Shown piece by piece: positions 17,182 to 26,034 of a stretch of DNA of 32,701 nucleotides. Below the pieces are notes generated by a model. It was not told where the DNA came from and searched no databases. It saw only the letters and a program-made list of their open reading frames with translations. The stretch is from Arthrobacter sp. (GTDB lineage Bacteria; Actinomycetota; Actinomycetes; Actinomycetales; Micrococcaceae), in contig JBKKDH010000122.1 of assembly GCA_046708445.1 (NCBI GenBank), positions 1-32,701 on the forward strand, written 5' to 3'. The stretch's first letter is position 1. Each line of letters opens with the position of its first letter. The position numbers were made by a program, and so were the translations under genes.

Positions 17182-17357
17182 GGGCTTCGGTGTCCGTGCC
17201 TGGTTCGTTCCCGCCCGGTTCCTGGGCCCGGCTTCGTCCGCACCAGGGTGACGCGCCGTGTCCCGCCCCCTCGGGCATGACGAACCGGGAAGGAACGCAC
17301 GACGCCGGCCGGTCACGCAGGCGCCCCCGTCTTGCCGCAAGGTGCGAAACTGGGAGC

Positions 17358-18029
17358 ATGAAGTTGCTCCTCATCCGCCACGGACAGACCCCCGGTAACG
17401 TACTCGGCCAGCTGGACACGGCCCATCCGGGGCCCGGGCTCACGGAGCTTGGAGAGCGGCAGGCGGAAGCCATGGCCCGGTCCTTGGCCGATGAACCGAT
17501 CGCGGCCCTGTACGCCTCAACGCTGCTCCGCACGCAGATGACCGCGGCACCGCTGGCCCGGCTGCATGGCCTCGAAGTTGAGGTGCTGGACGGGCTGCAC
17601 GAGATCGAGGCCGGGGCACTGGAAAAACTGACCGACCACGAATCGCACATGCGGTACATGAGTACGGTGTTCGCGTGGGCAGCCGGGGACTTGGACCGCC
17701 GTATGCCGGCCGGTCCGGACGGCTATCAGTTCTTCGAACGGTACGACGCCGCCATCACCAGGATTGCCCATCGCGCCGCCAGCAATGGGGACTCCGCCAC
17801 CGCTGCCGTGGTCAGCCACGGCGCCGCCATCCGTACGTGGGCGGGCCTCCGCGCGGCCGACGCCGACCATGAGTTCGCGGCCCGCCATGTCTTGTCCAAT
17901 ACAGGCATTGTGGCGCTGGAAGGTGATCCGGACGCAGGCTGGAAGCTCATTCATTGGGACGGGAGCCCGGTGGGTGGCCTTGCCCTGGCCGATCCCACCG
18001 CCGAGGACCCCACCGGCGGGACCGCCTAG
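17358..18029 (+). CDS. Histidine phosphatase (phosphoglycerate mutase) family protein
   Basis: MKLLLIRHGQT, LYAST..RTQMT, GLHEIEAG, VVSHGAAI, LSNTG. Confidence 0.92.
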   Translation: MKLLLIRHGQTPGNVLGQLDTAHPGPGLTELGERQAEAMARSLADEPIAALYASTLLRTQMTAAPLARLHGLEVEVLDGLHEIEAGALEKLTDHESHMRYMSTVFAWAAGDLDRRMPAGPDGYQFFERYDAAITRIAHRAASNGDSATAAVVSHGAAIRTWAGLRAADADHEFAARHVLSNTGIVALEGDPDAGWKLIHWDGSPVGGLALADPTAEDPTGGTA

Positions 18030-18042
18030 CAGGTCCGACTGC

Positions 18043-18966
18043 TTACGCGGGCTTCCTGACGCGAGTCTGGCGTGCCGCGCACAAGGACACCAAGTTGGCA
18101 TACCGCGGCCGGCCGCGGGGAATGAGGCGGGACGCCAGGGCGGAAGCTTCGGCGGCCGTCGGCCTGTCGGCTGCGTCCATGGCAGTGGCGGCGGCCAGCA
18201 GTTCATGCCAACCGCGGCCCACGCTGTGCGGGATTTCGGGGCTGCGCAGGGTACGGGCGACGAGTGATTCCAGGGGTGTGCCGGGAAAGGCTTTTGCGCC
18301 GGTCAGCAACTCAAGCAGGACAAGTCCCAGCGCGTAGACATCCCAGGATGGCTGGGCTGCCTCCCCTGATGCCTGCTCCGGACTCATGTAGTGCGCCGTT
18401 CCGGAGGAAATGCCCGGTTCGGGCAGGGTTCCGGCGCGGGCGGCAATGCCGAAATCTACAATCCTCACGGGGCTACGCCGCAGCCCGCTCAGCATCAGGT
18501 TCGCAGGTTTGATGTCGCGATGGACCAAGCCCCGCGCGTGCAGGTGGCTGACTCCGCCGAAGAGGTCCACGGCCCACGCGGCGACGTCTGTCGGGTTGTG
18601 GTCCGCGACCCGCAGCCTTTCCGAAAGGCTCGTGCCAAAAGCGAGTTCCTCGACAATGAATGGCCGACCCGCCTGCGGGCCGTCTGGCACGAGTCCCTCC
18701 GCCACGAAGCCGATAATGGCGGGGTGGTTCAACCCGGCCAGGATCCTGGCCTCATTGTGGATCTTTGCTTGCTGTTTAGTAGTGGATTCCGCAGCGATCT
18801 TGACCGCAACGTCGCGCCCGCCGGCGAGGTCCACTGCGCGGTATACCTCGGCCAGCGAACCCCGGCCCAGCCGCTCACGAAGCTGGTAGCGGCCAAGGAG
18901 GAGGACCCCGGCGGCCGCCTGAGCCTCGTTCTGGCGGGCCTGAACCGGGACGGCCAGGGCTGTCAT
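18043..18966 (-). CDS. Soluble Hanks-type Ser/Thr protein kinase (catalytic domain only)
   Basis: LGRGSLAEVY, VAVK, alphaC Glu (HNEAR), HRDIKPAN, DFG, GTAHYMSPE, DVYALG. No TM segment or sensor domain. Confidence 0.92.
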   Translation of the reverse strand: MTALAVPVQARQNEAQAAAGVLLLGRYQLRERLGRGSLAEVYRAVDLAGGRDVAVKIAAESTTKQQAKIHNEARILAGLNHPAIIGFVAEGLVPDGPQAGRPFIVEELAFGTSLSERLRVADHNPTDVAAWAVDLFGGVSHLHARGLVHRDIKPANLMLSGLRRSPVRIVDFGIAARAGTLPEPGISSGTAHYMSPEQASGEAAQPSWDVYALGLVLLELLTGAKAFPGTPLESLVARTLRSPEIPHSVGRGWHELLAAATAMDAADRPTAAEASALASRLIPRGRPRYANLVSLCAARQTRVRKPA

Positions 18967-19256
18967 GGCCTTGAAGCAGACACGGGATGGCTGGCCAGCG
19001 AACCTTCAAAAAACGGCCCGGCGCCCCAGGCATCCAGCTGGAAGCCGCAACTGCAGCGCCAAACGGGCGGCAGGCGCACACGCTCGTCCGGAGGTTCGAA
19101 GCTGTATCCGGTGGCCAGCGGTCCCACTGCCGGAGTCCCCAGTTCCATCAGGCTTCCACAATGGACCGGAGCGTCCGGGTCCTCGACGGGAAACCCGTCC
19201 CCGCCAAGCATGGATTCGGGTTCGCAAACTCCGGCAAGCCTCACCAACACACTCAC
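18963..19256 (-). CDS. Small Cys/His metal-binding (zinc-ribbon/rubredoxin-like) protein
   Basis: PVHCGSLM...VWRCSCGFQLD. AAGGAG RBS (start GTG 19256 or 19250). ATGA overlap with the kinase start. Confidence 0.72.
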   Translation of the reverse strand: MSVLVRLAGVCEPESMLGGDGFPVEDPDAPVHCGSLMELGTPAVGPLATGYSFEPPDERVRLPPVWRCSCGFQLDAWGAGPFFEGSLASHPVSASRP

Positions 19257-19304
19257 GACTCCTTCGAAATCACAACCCTCGACTGATCGTAAGCTTACAT
19301 ATAA

Positions 19305-19317
19305 CTAGCCTGGCTAG
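19305..19317. promoter_or_regulatory. Putative MarR operator 1 (upstream of the metal-ribbon/kinase genes)
   Basis: Palindromic CTAGC-ctg-GCTAG overlapping the marR stop codon; -10-like TAAGCT at 19297-19292. Confidence 0.6.
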
Positions 19318-19823
19318 CTAATTTCTGCGGCAGTGTCCTCGTGAACCGCCGAGGTCATGCGGTTGAGGAACTGCACCACAATGCCGGCCTCCTCTGCGCT
19401 CAGGCCTTCGGCAACAGACATCATTCGGCGATGCATAGCCCCCAGCGTGACTCTCACCTCCTGATCCGATTCCGTGGTGGGAACGATGATCACCGAACGC
19501 CGGTCCGATGGGTGCGCCTCGCGGCGGACATGGCCGCTTGCAGCCAGCCGATCGATGAGCGAGGTGGTGGAAGCGCTGGTGATGCCCAGGATCCGGCTCA
19601 GGTCCTTCGGCACCACAGTCTCGCCGGAAGCCTGCGCCCGCAGGAGGAAGCGGAGGGCGAGGATGTCGGTTTCGCCCATGCCCATCGAATTCCGGGTTGA
19701 CCGTCGGACGGACTGTTCCGCTGCCCGGTAATCCCGCAGGGCTTTCAGGACAGCCGCCCCGGAGTCGAGTTGCCCGTCCGGGCCGTACCAGTAACCGGAT
19801 CCTTCAGTTTGATGTGCACCCAT
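19314..19823 (-). CDS. MarR family transcriptional regulator
   Basis: DILALRFL..PKDLSRILGITSASTTSLIDRL..GHVRR..HPSDRRSV winged helix. ATG lies 6 nt after TAGGAT (leaderless). Confidence 0.92.
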   Translation of the reverse strand: MGAHQTEGSGYWYGPDGQLDSGAAVLKALRDYRAAEQSVRRSTRNSMGMGETDILALRFLLRAQASGETVVPKDLSRILGITSASTTSLIDRLAASGHVRREAHPSDRRSVIIVPTTESDQEVRVTLGAMHRRMMSVAEGLSAEEAGIVVQFLNRMTSAVHEDTAAEIS

Positions 19824-19832
19824 TCCATAATC

Positions 19833-19861
19833 CTAGACTGGCTGGTATCTAGACAGGCTTA
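19833..19861. promoter_or_regulatory. Putative MarR operators 2 and 3 (marR promoter)
   Basis: CTAGACTGGCTGG (19833-19845) and CTAGACAGGCTTA (19849-19861), variants of the 19305 box spaced 16 bp apart over the marR promoter. Confidence 0.6.
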
Positions 19862-20000
19862 GGATCCGGCGGGCGGCCAGGCTTGCGGGCGCATGAGGTC
19901 TGGGAACGGCACTGGACTGCATTAGCCGGTGCGGCCATGATGAAAGGTAGGCGCGGGGAGCGTAATCCCGGCAGCCCGCCGCGCTCGGAGGCGCAGTGGC

Positions 20001-23000
20001 ATGGGACGGACACCGGAACAGGCTTCGGCAGGTTCCCTGGAACCCGACGCGGATTTCCTCGCCGCATACTACGCGCACGTAGCAGCCGAGGACCTTCACA
20101 ATTACGACCCTGAAACCCTCCGCGCCAGGGCAGCCCACCATCTGGAACTGGCTTCCCGGCGGCCTCCCGGCGAGGCGGCGGTCGGTATCCTGAACGAGCT
20201 GGACACCAGCGTCGTGGCGGTGGTCGCCGAAGACCTGCCCTATTTGGTCCAGTCCGTCACCGCAGAGCTCACCCGCGAGGACACCCCGATCCACCAGCTG
20301 GTCCACCCCACCTTCCTGGTCCACCGGGACCCTGCTTCCCACGCACTGCTGGAGGTCCGCCCCGGTCCGGTCCGGGAGGGTCTGGAGTCCGGCACAGCCG
20401 CTCCTTCCGAGGGAACGTCCGAGGTCTGGATCGGCATGGAAATCGGGCGGGTGGCCGACACCGCGGCGGCCCGGCTACTCACGGAACGGCTGCGCGTCGT
20501 CGTGGCCGACGTCCGGACAGTAGCCCATGACGAGGCCGCTATCCACCGCAAGTTGTCCGAAGCCGTGGCCGCAGCAGCGCAGGCACCGCGCCACGCTGTT
20601 CCGGCGGCCCAGCAGCTCCGCGATCTGCTCCGCTGGCTGGCTGAGGGCAACTTCGTCTTCCTGGGCTACAGCGAATATGGATTGACGACGGCGGACGGCC
20701 AGGGATCTCCCGCCCTCCGCCCCGGCTCGGAGCTGGGACTGCTGCGCCACCCCGGCTCCTTCGCCGCCCCGGACACCGGCCCCGCTCCCCAGGCCGGCCC
20801 ACGGGAATCCGGAATGAAGGACCCACAGGTCCTCGCGCTGGCCACCTCTGATGTGCGCTCCACAGTACTGCGGGGATCGTACCTCGACGAGATACGGCTG
20901 CAGGCTTTCGACCCATCAGGAAATGCTGTCGGGGAACGACGGTTCCTGGGTCTCTTCACACCCAGTGCCGAGCACCAGTCCGTCCGGCGGATCCCGGTGA
21001 TTCGGGAAAAATTGACCGAAGTCAGCGAGGCTCTTGGGTCGGCGCCCGGCTCGCAGCGGGCGAAGGACCTGATTGCCGCCCTGGAAGCGATCCCCCGCGA
21101 GGTACTGTTCCAGATCGACATCCCGGATCTCAGCCGGCTGGCTCGTGAAATCATGCGCGCCGAACAGCTCCGGCAGACGCGGCTGTTCCTCCGGCCGGAT
21201 ACGCTCGGCAGGTTCGTCCTGGCGCTCGTTTTCTTCCCCCGCAAGCGTTACAGCACCGCTGTCCGGCTGCAGATGGAGCATGAGTTTATCCGCGCGTTCA
21301 AGGCGACTTCCATCGAGTTCGAGGTGCGGCTTTCCGAATCGCCCATGGCGCGGATCTTCTTCCGCATCGGAACGGCGGGGACCCCGGCTGACGCACCTCC
21401 AACGGTGGTCCCCGAGGCACCCGGCGGCCAGTCCGGCGTCGTCCCCGCCCAACTGGAGCGTGACCTGATCGCTGCCACACGTTCCTGGCCGGAGGGCCTC
21501 GAGGAACTCATCCGCGACCGTTTCCCGGCAGCGGAGGCAGCGAGGATTTCCCGCCTGTGGTCCGACGCGTTTCCGCCGGCGTACCGCGCGGACTATCGGC
21601 TGGACGACGCGGTGCGGGACATTGCGAACTTCGAAGCCTTCGATTTGGACGGCGACGGCGGCCGCCCGTCCGGCGATCCGCTCCTGACCGTGGCCCGGTC
21701 AGCTGCCGCCCCGGAGGAGGCAAGGATCCGGCTCTACCTGACGCGCCCCCGGAGCCTGACGCAGATCCTTCCGTTCCTGCACAACCTGGGCCTGGAGGTC
21801 CTGGACCAGCGGCCATTCGAGATCCGGCGCGGAACGGCCCATGAGCTGTTCCTTTATGACCTGGGCGTGAAGTATCCGGCCGGAGTGGACCCGGAGGCCA
21901 CCAGCGACCTGCTGGCGCAGGCCTTCCGCGCGGCCATGCGCGGGGACATCGAGTCGGACGCAATCGACGCCCTGGTCATCAGGGAGGGTGTGGCATGGCG
22001 TCAGGCGGTAATCCTGCGAAGCTACGCGAAATACCTCCAGCAACTGGGAACCACCACTTCCTACGGGTTCATCGCCGAGACCCTGAGAAACAATGTCCGG
22101 GCAACACACGCGCTCCTCGCGCTCTTCCAGGCAAAGTTCGACCCCGCCCTGGACTCTGCGACCCGGTTCCGGGAAACGGCCGTGGCGCGGACGGAGGCCA
22201 TGGCCGCCATCGAGGCCGTCCCCGTGCTGGATGCCGACAGGCTGTTGCGGACGTTCATGAACCTGGTGGAATCCACGCTGCGCACCAACTACTTCCAGGA
22301 CAAAGGACACCTGAGCTTCAAGCTGACGCCGGCTGCCATCGTCAACGCCCCGTTTCCGCGGCCAAAATATGAAATCTGGGTTTACTCACCACGGGTGGAA
22401 GGGGTCCATCTCCGCTTCGGTGAGCTGGCCCGCGGCGGGCTGCGGTGGTCCGAACGGAGCGAGGATTTCCGGACCGAAGTCCTGGGTCTGGTCAAAGCCC
22501 AAAACCTGAAGAATTCCGTCATTGTGCCTACCGGGGCCAAGGGCGGCTTCTATCCCAAACGGCTCCCGGACCCCGCCGTGGACCGTGCGGGATGGCTGGC
22601 GGAAGGGACCGAGTGCTACCGCATTCTCATCCGCGGACTGCTGGACCTGACGGACAACCTTGTGGTGTCACCGGCTGGCGAAAAGATCGTGTCACCGCCC
22701 CGGGTGGTGCGCCATGACGGTGACGACTACTACCTGGTGGTGGCGGCCGACAAGGGAACAGCGGCCTTTTCCGACACGGCGAACGCCGTGGCGCACGAAT
22801 ACGGCTTTTGGCTTGGGGACGCCTTCGCGTCAGGAGGCTCTGTGGGCTATGACCACAAGAAGATGGGCATCACTGCCCGCGGGGCCTGGGAGTCCGTGAA
22901 GCAGCACTTCCGCGCGTTGGGCATGAATCCGCAGGCCCAGGACTTTACGGTGGCGGGGATCGGAGACATGAGCGGGGATGTCTTCGGGAACGGCATGCTG

Positions 23001-24860
23001 CTCTCACGGCACATCAGGCTGGTGGCGGCGTTTGACCACCGCCACATCTTCCTCGATCCCGCGCCCGACGCCGAGACCTCCTTCCGTGAACGCCGGCGGC
23101 TCTTCAGCCTGCCCCGCTCATCCTGGGCCGACTACGCTCCGTCCCTCATCAGCGAGGGCGGCGGGGTCCATCCGCGCAGCGCGAAGGCCATCGGCATCAC
23201 CGAGCCGGTCCGGGTCTGCCTCGGCCTGCCCGCCGGTACGTCCACACTCCCGCCGAATGCCCTGCTGCAGGCCCTCCTCCGGGCGCCGGTGGACCTGCTC
23301 TACAACGGCGGGATCGGAACCTATGTCAAGGCTTCCTTCGAACGGCACCAGGACGTGGGCGACAAGGCCAACGACCCCCTCAGGATCGACGGCGACCAGG
23401 TGAGGGCCCGTGTCATCGTGGAGGGCGGCAACCTGGGCGTCACCCAGCGCGGCCGGATCGAGGCGGCGCTCGGCGGCACGCTGGTGAACACGGACGCGAT
23501 CGACAACTCAGCCGGAGTGGACTGTTCGGACCACGAGGTCAACATCAAGATCTTCGTTGATCGAATGATCGCCGCGGGGCGCATGCCGGACACAGAACGC
23601 AGCCCGTTCCTGCACTCCCTCACGGACGAAGTGTCCCGGCTGGTTCTGGCCAACAACGCCGACCAGAACGTGCTGCTGCTCAATGACAGGCACTTGGTGC
23701 TGGAGTGGAGTCCAGGGTTCGAACGGGCCATGGACTGGCTGGAGAACGCTTCGGAACTGGACCGCGGACAGGAGGCACTGCCCAGCACCGGGCAGTTGCG
23801 TGAACGGCTCCGGTCCGGCAAGGGGCTGACCTCCCCGGAACTGTCCGTCCTCGCCGGCTACGCGAAGAGCGAACTCGCCAAGGAACTCACGTCCAGCGAC
23901 CTGGCCGATGACCCGTGGTTCAGGGGCACGCTCCGCGGCTACTTCCCGCGCCAGGTGTCAGAGCGCTTCGAATCCGAGCTGGATTCTCACCCGCTCCGCC
24001 TCCAGATCATCTGCACGGTGGTGGCTAACGACATGATCAACCTCGGCGGCATCACCTTTGCGTTCCGGGCCAAAGAGGAAACCACCGCCACCGCCGCGGC
24101 CGTGGCACGGGCCTTCGTGGTGGCGCGCCAGGCCTACGACCTGCCCTGGATCATGGACAAAATTGATGCCCTGCCACCGGATTTTCCCAGTGATCAGGCC
24201 GCCGAAGTGGCCATCCACATTCGCCGGGTCCTGGACCGGGCCACCCGCTGGTACGTGACGCATGACCATCGGGATCAGCCCATTGCAACGGCCCTGGCCC
24301 GGATCATGCCCACGCTGGACATGCTCCGCACACGGACCTCGGATTTTCTGCGCGGTACCGACCTGGACCGAACGCAGGCGCGCCTGGCCCGTTGGGACGG
24401 CGTCGGCCTGCCGCGGGAGTTGGGCCTGCGTGCCGCTGATCTCCTGGAAAGTTTCGGCCTGCTGGATATCTCCTTCATCTCGGAACAGGTGCACGAACCC
24501 ATCCCCACCATCGCCGACCTGTACTACGCGGTCTTCCAAAGGATCAACGCCGCCGGCCTCCTCCTGCGCATCACGGACCTGCCGCGCCAAAGCCGGTGGG
24601 ATACGCTCGCCCGGGCAGCGCTGCGGGACGACGTCTACTCGGCAGTGGCCGACATGACAGTCTCCGTGATGCAAGCAAGTCCGACGCCGGGAGCAGGCGG
24701 ACCCGACGCGGTGGAACGCATCGTGGCCTGGGAACGCGGCCACCAGGAGCAACTGGCACGGATCAAGGACACCTTCGCCGAGGTGACCGGACCGGGGCAG
24801 GTGGACATCGCGTCAATCTCCGTAGCGCTCAAGCTCCTCCGGACGCTCGTGCGGCAATAG
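20001..24860 (+). CDS. gdh: Large NAD-specific glutamate dehydrogenase (GDH180/L-GDH)
   Basis: 1619 aa. EGVHLRFG.LARGGLRWS, GAKGGF, VAADKGTA, GYDHKKMGITARGAW, GDMSGDVFGNG, DAIDNSAGVDCSDHEVNIKI. GGAGG RBS. Confidence 0.96.
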   Translation: MGRTPEQASAGSLEPDADFLAAYYAHVAAEDLHNYDPETLRARAAHHLELASRRPPGEAAVGILNELDTSVVAVVAEDLPYLVQSVTAELTREDTPIHQLVHPTFLVHRDPASHALLEVRPGPVREGLESGTAAPSEGTSEVWIGMEIGRVADTAAARLLTERLRVVVADVRTVAHDEAAIHRKLSEAVAAAAQAPRHAVPAAQQLRDLLRWLAEGNFVFLGYSEYGLTTADGQGSPALRPGSELGLLRHPGSFAAPDTGPAPQAGPRESGMKDPQVLALATSDVRSTVLRGSYLDEIRLQAFDPSGNAVGERRFLGLFTPSAEHQSVRRIPVIREKLTEVSEALGSAPGSQRAKDLIAALEAIPREVLFQIDIPDLSRLAREIMRAEQLRQTRLFLRPDTLGRFVLALVFFPRKRYSTAVRLQMEHEFIRAFKATSIEFEVRLSESPMARIFFRIGTAGTPADAPPTVVPEAPGGQSGVVPAQLERDLIAATRSWPEGLEELIRDRFPAAEAARISRLWSDAFPPAYRADYRLDDAVRDIANFEAFDLDGDGGRPSGDPLLTVARSAAAPEEARIRLYLTRPRSLTQILPFLHNLGLEVLDQRPFEIRRGTAHELFLYDLGVKYPAGVDPEATSDLLAQAFRAAMRGDIESDAIDALVIREGVAWRQAVILRSYAKYLQQLGTTTSYGFIAETLRNNVRATHALLALFQAKFDPALDSATRFRETAVARTEAMAAIEAVPVLDADRLLRTFMNLVESTLRTNYFQDKGHLSFKLTPAAIVNAPFPRPKYEIWVYSPRVEGVHLRFGELARGGLRWSERSEDFRTEVLGLVKAQNLKNSVIVPTGAKGGFYPKRLPDPAVDRAGWLAEGTECYRILIRGLLDLTDNLVVSPAGEKIVSPPRVVRHDGDDYYLVVAADKGTAAFSDTANAVAHEYGFWLGDAFASGGSVGYDHKKMGITARGAWESVKQHFRALGMNPQAQDFTVAGIGDMSGDVFGNGMLLSRHIRLVAAFDHRHIFLDPAPDAETSFRERRRLFSLPRSSWADYAPSLISEGGGVHPRSAKAIGITEPVRVCLGLPAGTSTLPPNALLQALLRAPVDLLYNGGIGTYVKASFERHQDVGDKANDPLRIDGDQVRARVIVEGGNLGVTQRGRIEAALGGTLVNTDAIDNSAGVDCSDHEVNIKIFVDRMIAAGRMPDTERSPFLHSLTDEVSRLVLANNADQNVLLLNDRHLVLEWSPGFERAMDWLENASELDRGQEALPSTGQLRERLRSGKGLTSPELSVLAGYAKSELAKELTSSDLADDPWFRGTLRGYFPRQVSERFESELDSHPLRLQIICTVVANDMINLGGITFAFRAKEETTATAAAVARAFVVARQAYDLPWIMDKIDALPPDFPSDQAAEVAIHIRRVLDRATRWYVTHDHRDQPIATALARIMPTLDMLRTRTSDFLRGTDLDRTQARLARWDGVGLPRELGLRAADLLESFGLLDISFISEQVHEPIPTIADLYYAVFQRINAAGLLLRITDLPRQSRWDTLARAALRDDVYSAVADMTVSVMQASPTPGAGGPDAVERIVAWERGHQEQLARIKDTFAEVTGPGQVDIASISVALKLLRTLVRQ

Positions 24861-24923
24861 TTCCGGCCGCGTTCACCCGCCGGCGCATGCAAGGCTGCGC
24901 CATCGCTGACTGTTCTCTGGGCG

Positions 24924-24966
24924 CTTACGCGAAGGAAACACCGCGGTAACCGCCGCCTCTTAGGCT
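24924..24966 (+). promoter_or_regulatory. GlnR/OmpR-like triple direct repeat and -10 upstream of the GNAT gene
   Basis: CTTAC-n6-GAAAC-n6-GTAAC (24924-24950), then 10 nt, then TAGGCT (24961-24966). Confidence 0.6.
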
Positions 24967-25001
24967 TATCAGGCATAACCCTTCGGCGAAACGAGGCAGC
25001 C

Positions 25002-25505
25002 ATGCAGACCAATCCCCGACTCAACATCAGGCAGGTCACCTGGTCGAACCCCGTAGGTGCCGACCTTCGCAGGGCCCAGCAGGCGGAACTGGACGCCCGC
25101 TTTGGCACCCCTGACCACGAACCGGGCACGCCGCCGTCGTCCGCCGACTGCGCCGTGTTCCTGGTGGCCTACGACAAGGGCTCCGGCCAGCCGGTGGGCT
25201 GCGGCGGCCTGCGGCTGCTGGATTCCACCACGGCGGAGATCAAGCGGCTCTACGTCCTCCCGTACACACGGGGGTCCGGTGTAGCCAGCTCCATCCTGGC
25301 TGCCCTCGAGGCCGAGGCCTACAAGCAGGGGATCACCCGGATCAAGGCCGAGGCCGGTTCGGCACAGCCCGACGGGCGGAACTTCTACGAAAACTCCGGC
25401 TTCGAAAGCGTGCCCAACTTTGGCCCGTACATTGGAGTGGCGCACTCCTACTGCTACGCGAAAACCATCGACTCGCACAGCGCCGCCCACACGGCCATGG
25501 CCTGA
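25002..25505 (+). CDS. GNAT family N-acetyltransferase
   Basis: PVGCGGLR..AEIKRLYVLPYTRGSGVA (acetyl-CoA motif A), FYENSGF. Confidence 0.92.
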   Translation: MQTNPRLNIRQVTWSNPVGADLRRAQQAELDARFGTPDHEPGTPPSSADCAVFLVAYDKGSGQPVGCGGLRLLDSTTAEIKRLYVLPYTRGSGVASSILAALEAEAYKQGITRIKAEAGSAQPDGRNFYENSGFESVPNFGPYIGVAHSYCYAKTIDSHSAAHTAMA

Positions 25506-25599
25506 GCCGGGAACCTGGGTCCGGGGAGGGCGCGGGCGGGCGGCGTCACACAGCGCCTGCCAGTGCGTTCAGTGAGCGGCCGTCAGCTAACCTCGCCGT

Positions 25600-26034
25600 A
25601 TGGACTCAGCAGACATCACTTTCCGCACCCGCAAATGGGTCCGGCCGGAGGACCTCAACGCCAACGGGACGCTGTTCGGCGGCAGCCTGCTGAAATGGAT
25701 CGATGAGGAAGCCGCGATTTACGCCATCCTGCAGCTGGGCAACGGCCGTGCGGTCACCAAATACATCTCCGAAATAAACTTCGTCAGCTCCGCCGTCCAG
25801 GGCGACCTGATCGAAATGGGCCTGACCGCCACCCGCTTCGGCCGCACGTCCCTGACCATGCGGGCGGAGGTCCGCAACATGATCACGCGCCAGAGCATCC
25901 TCACCATCGAGGAAATCGTCTTTGTGAACCTCAGTCCGTCCGGCAAGCCCGAGCCGCACGGCTACACCGAGATCACCTACGACCGGGACAGGATCCCGAC
26001 GCACCACCTCACGGAGACGCTCGCCCAGGACTGA
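25600..26034 (+). CDS. Acyl-CoA thioesterase (hotdog fold)
   Basis: PEDLNANGTLFGGSLLKWIDEEA, FGRTSL. ATG lies 6 nt after TAACCT. Confidence 0.92.
   Translation: MDSADITFRTRKWVRPEDLNANGTLFGGSLLKWIDEEAAIYAILQLGNGRAVTKYISEINFVSSAVQGDLIEMGLTATRFGRTSLTMRAEVRNMITRQSILTIEEIVFVNLSPSGKPEPHGYTEITYDRDRIPTHHLTETLAQD

Noticed and set aside
17103-17300. 65-aa Arg-rich minus-strand ORF after purB
   Set aside because: It spans the terminator and inverted repeats, has no RBS, and its composition looks like translated GC-rich non-coding DNA.
16088-17659. 523-aa and 257-aa minus-strand ORFs over purB
   Set aside because: Antisense shadows with no recognisable motifs; they also run through the terminator.
19833-20342. 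169-aa minus-strand ORF upstream of marR
   Set aside because: It overlaps the gdh 5' end on the opposite strand and the marR promoter boxes, and has no motifs.
24880-25001. Possible riboswitch upstream of the GNAT gene
   Set aside because: No known aptamer consensus recognised; the region is better explained by direct repeats, a -10 and a short leader.
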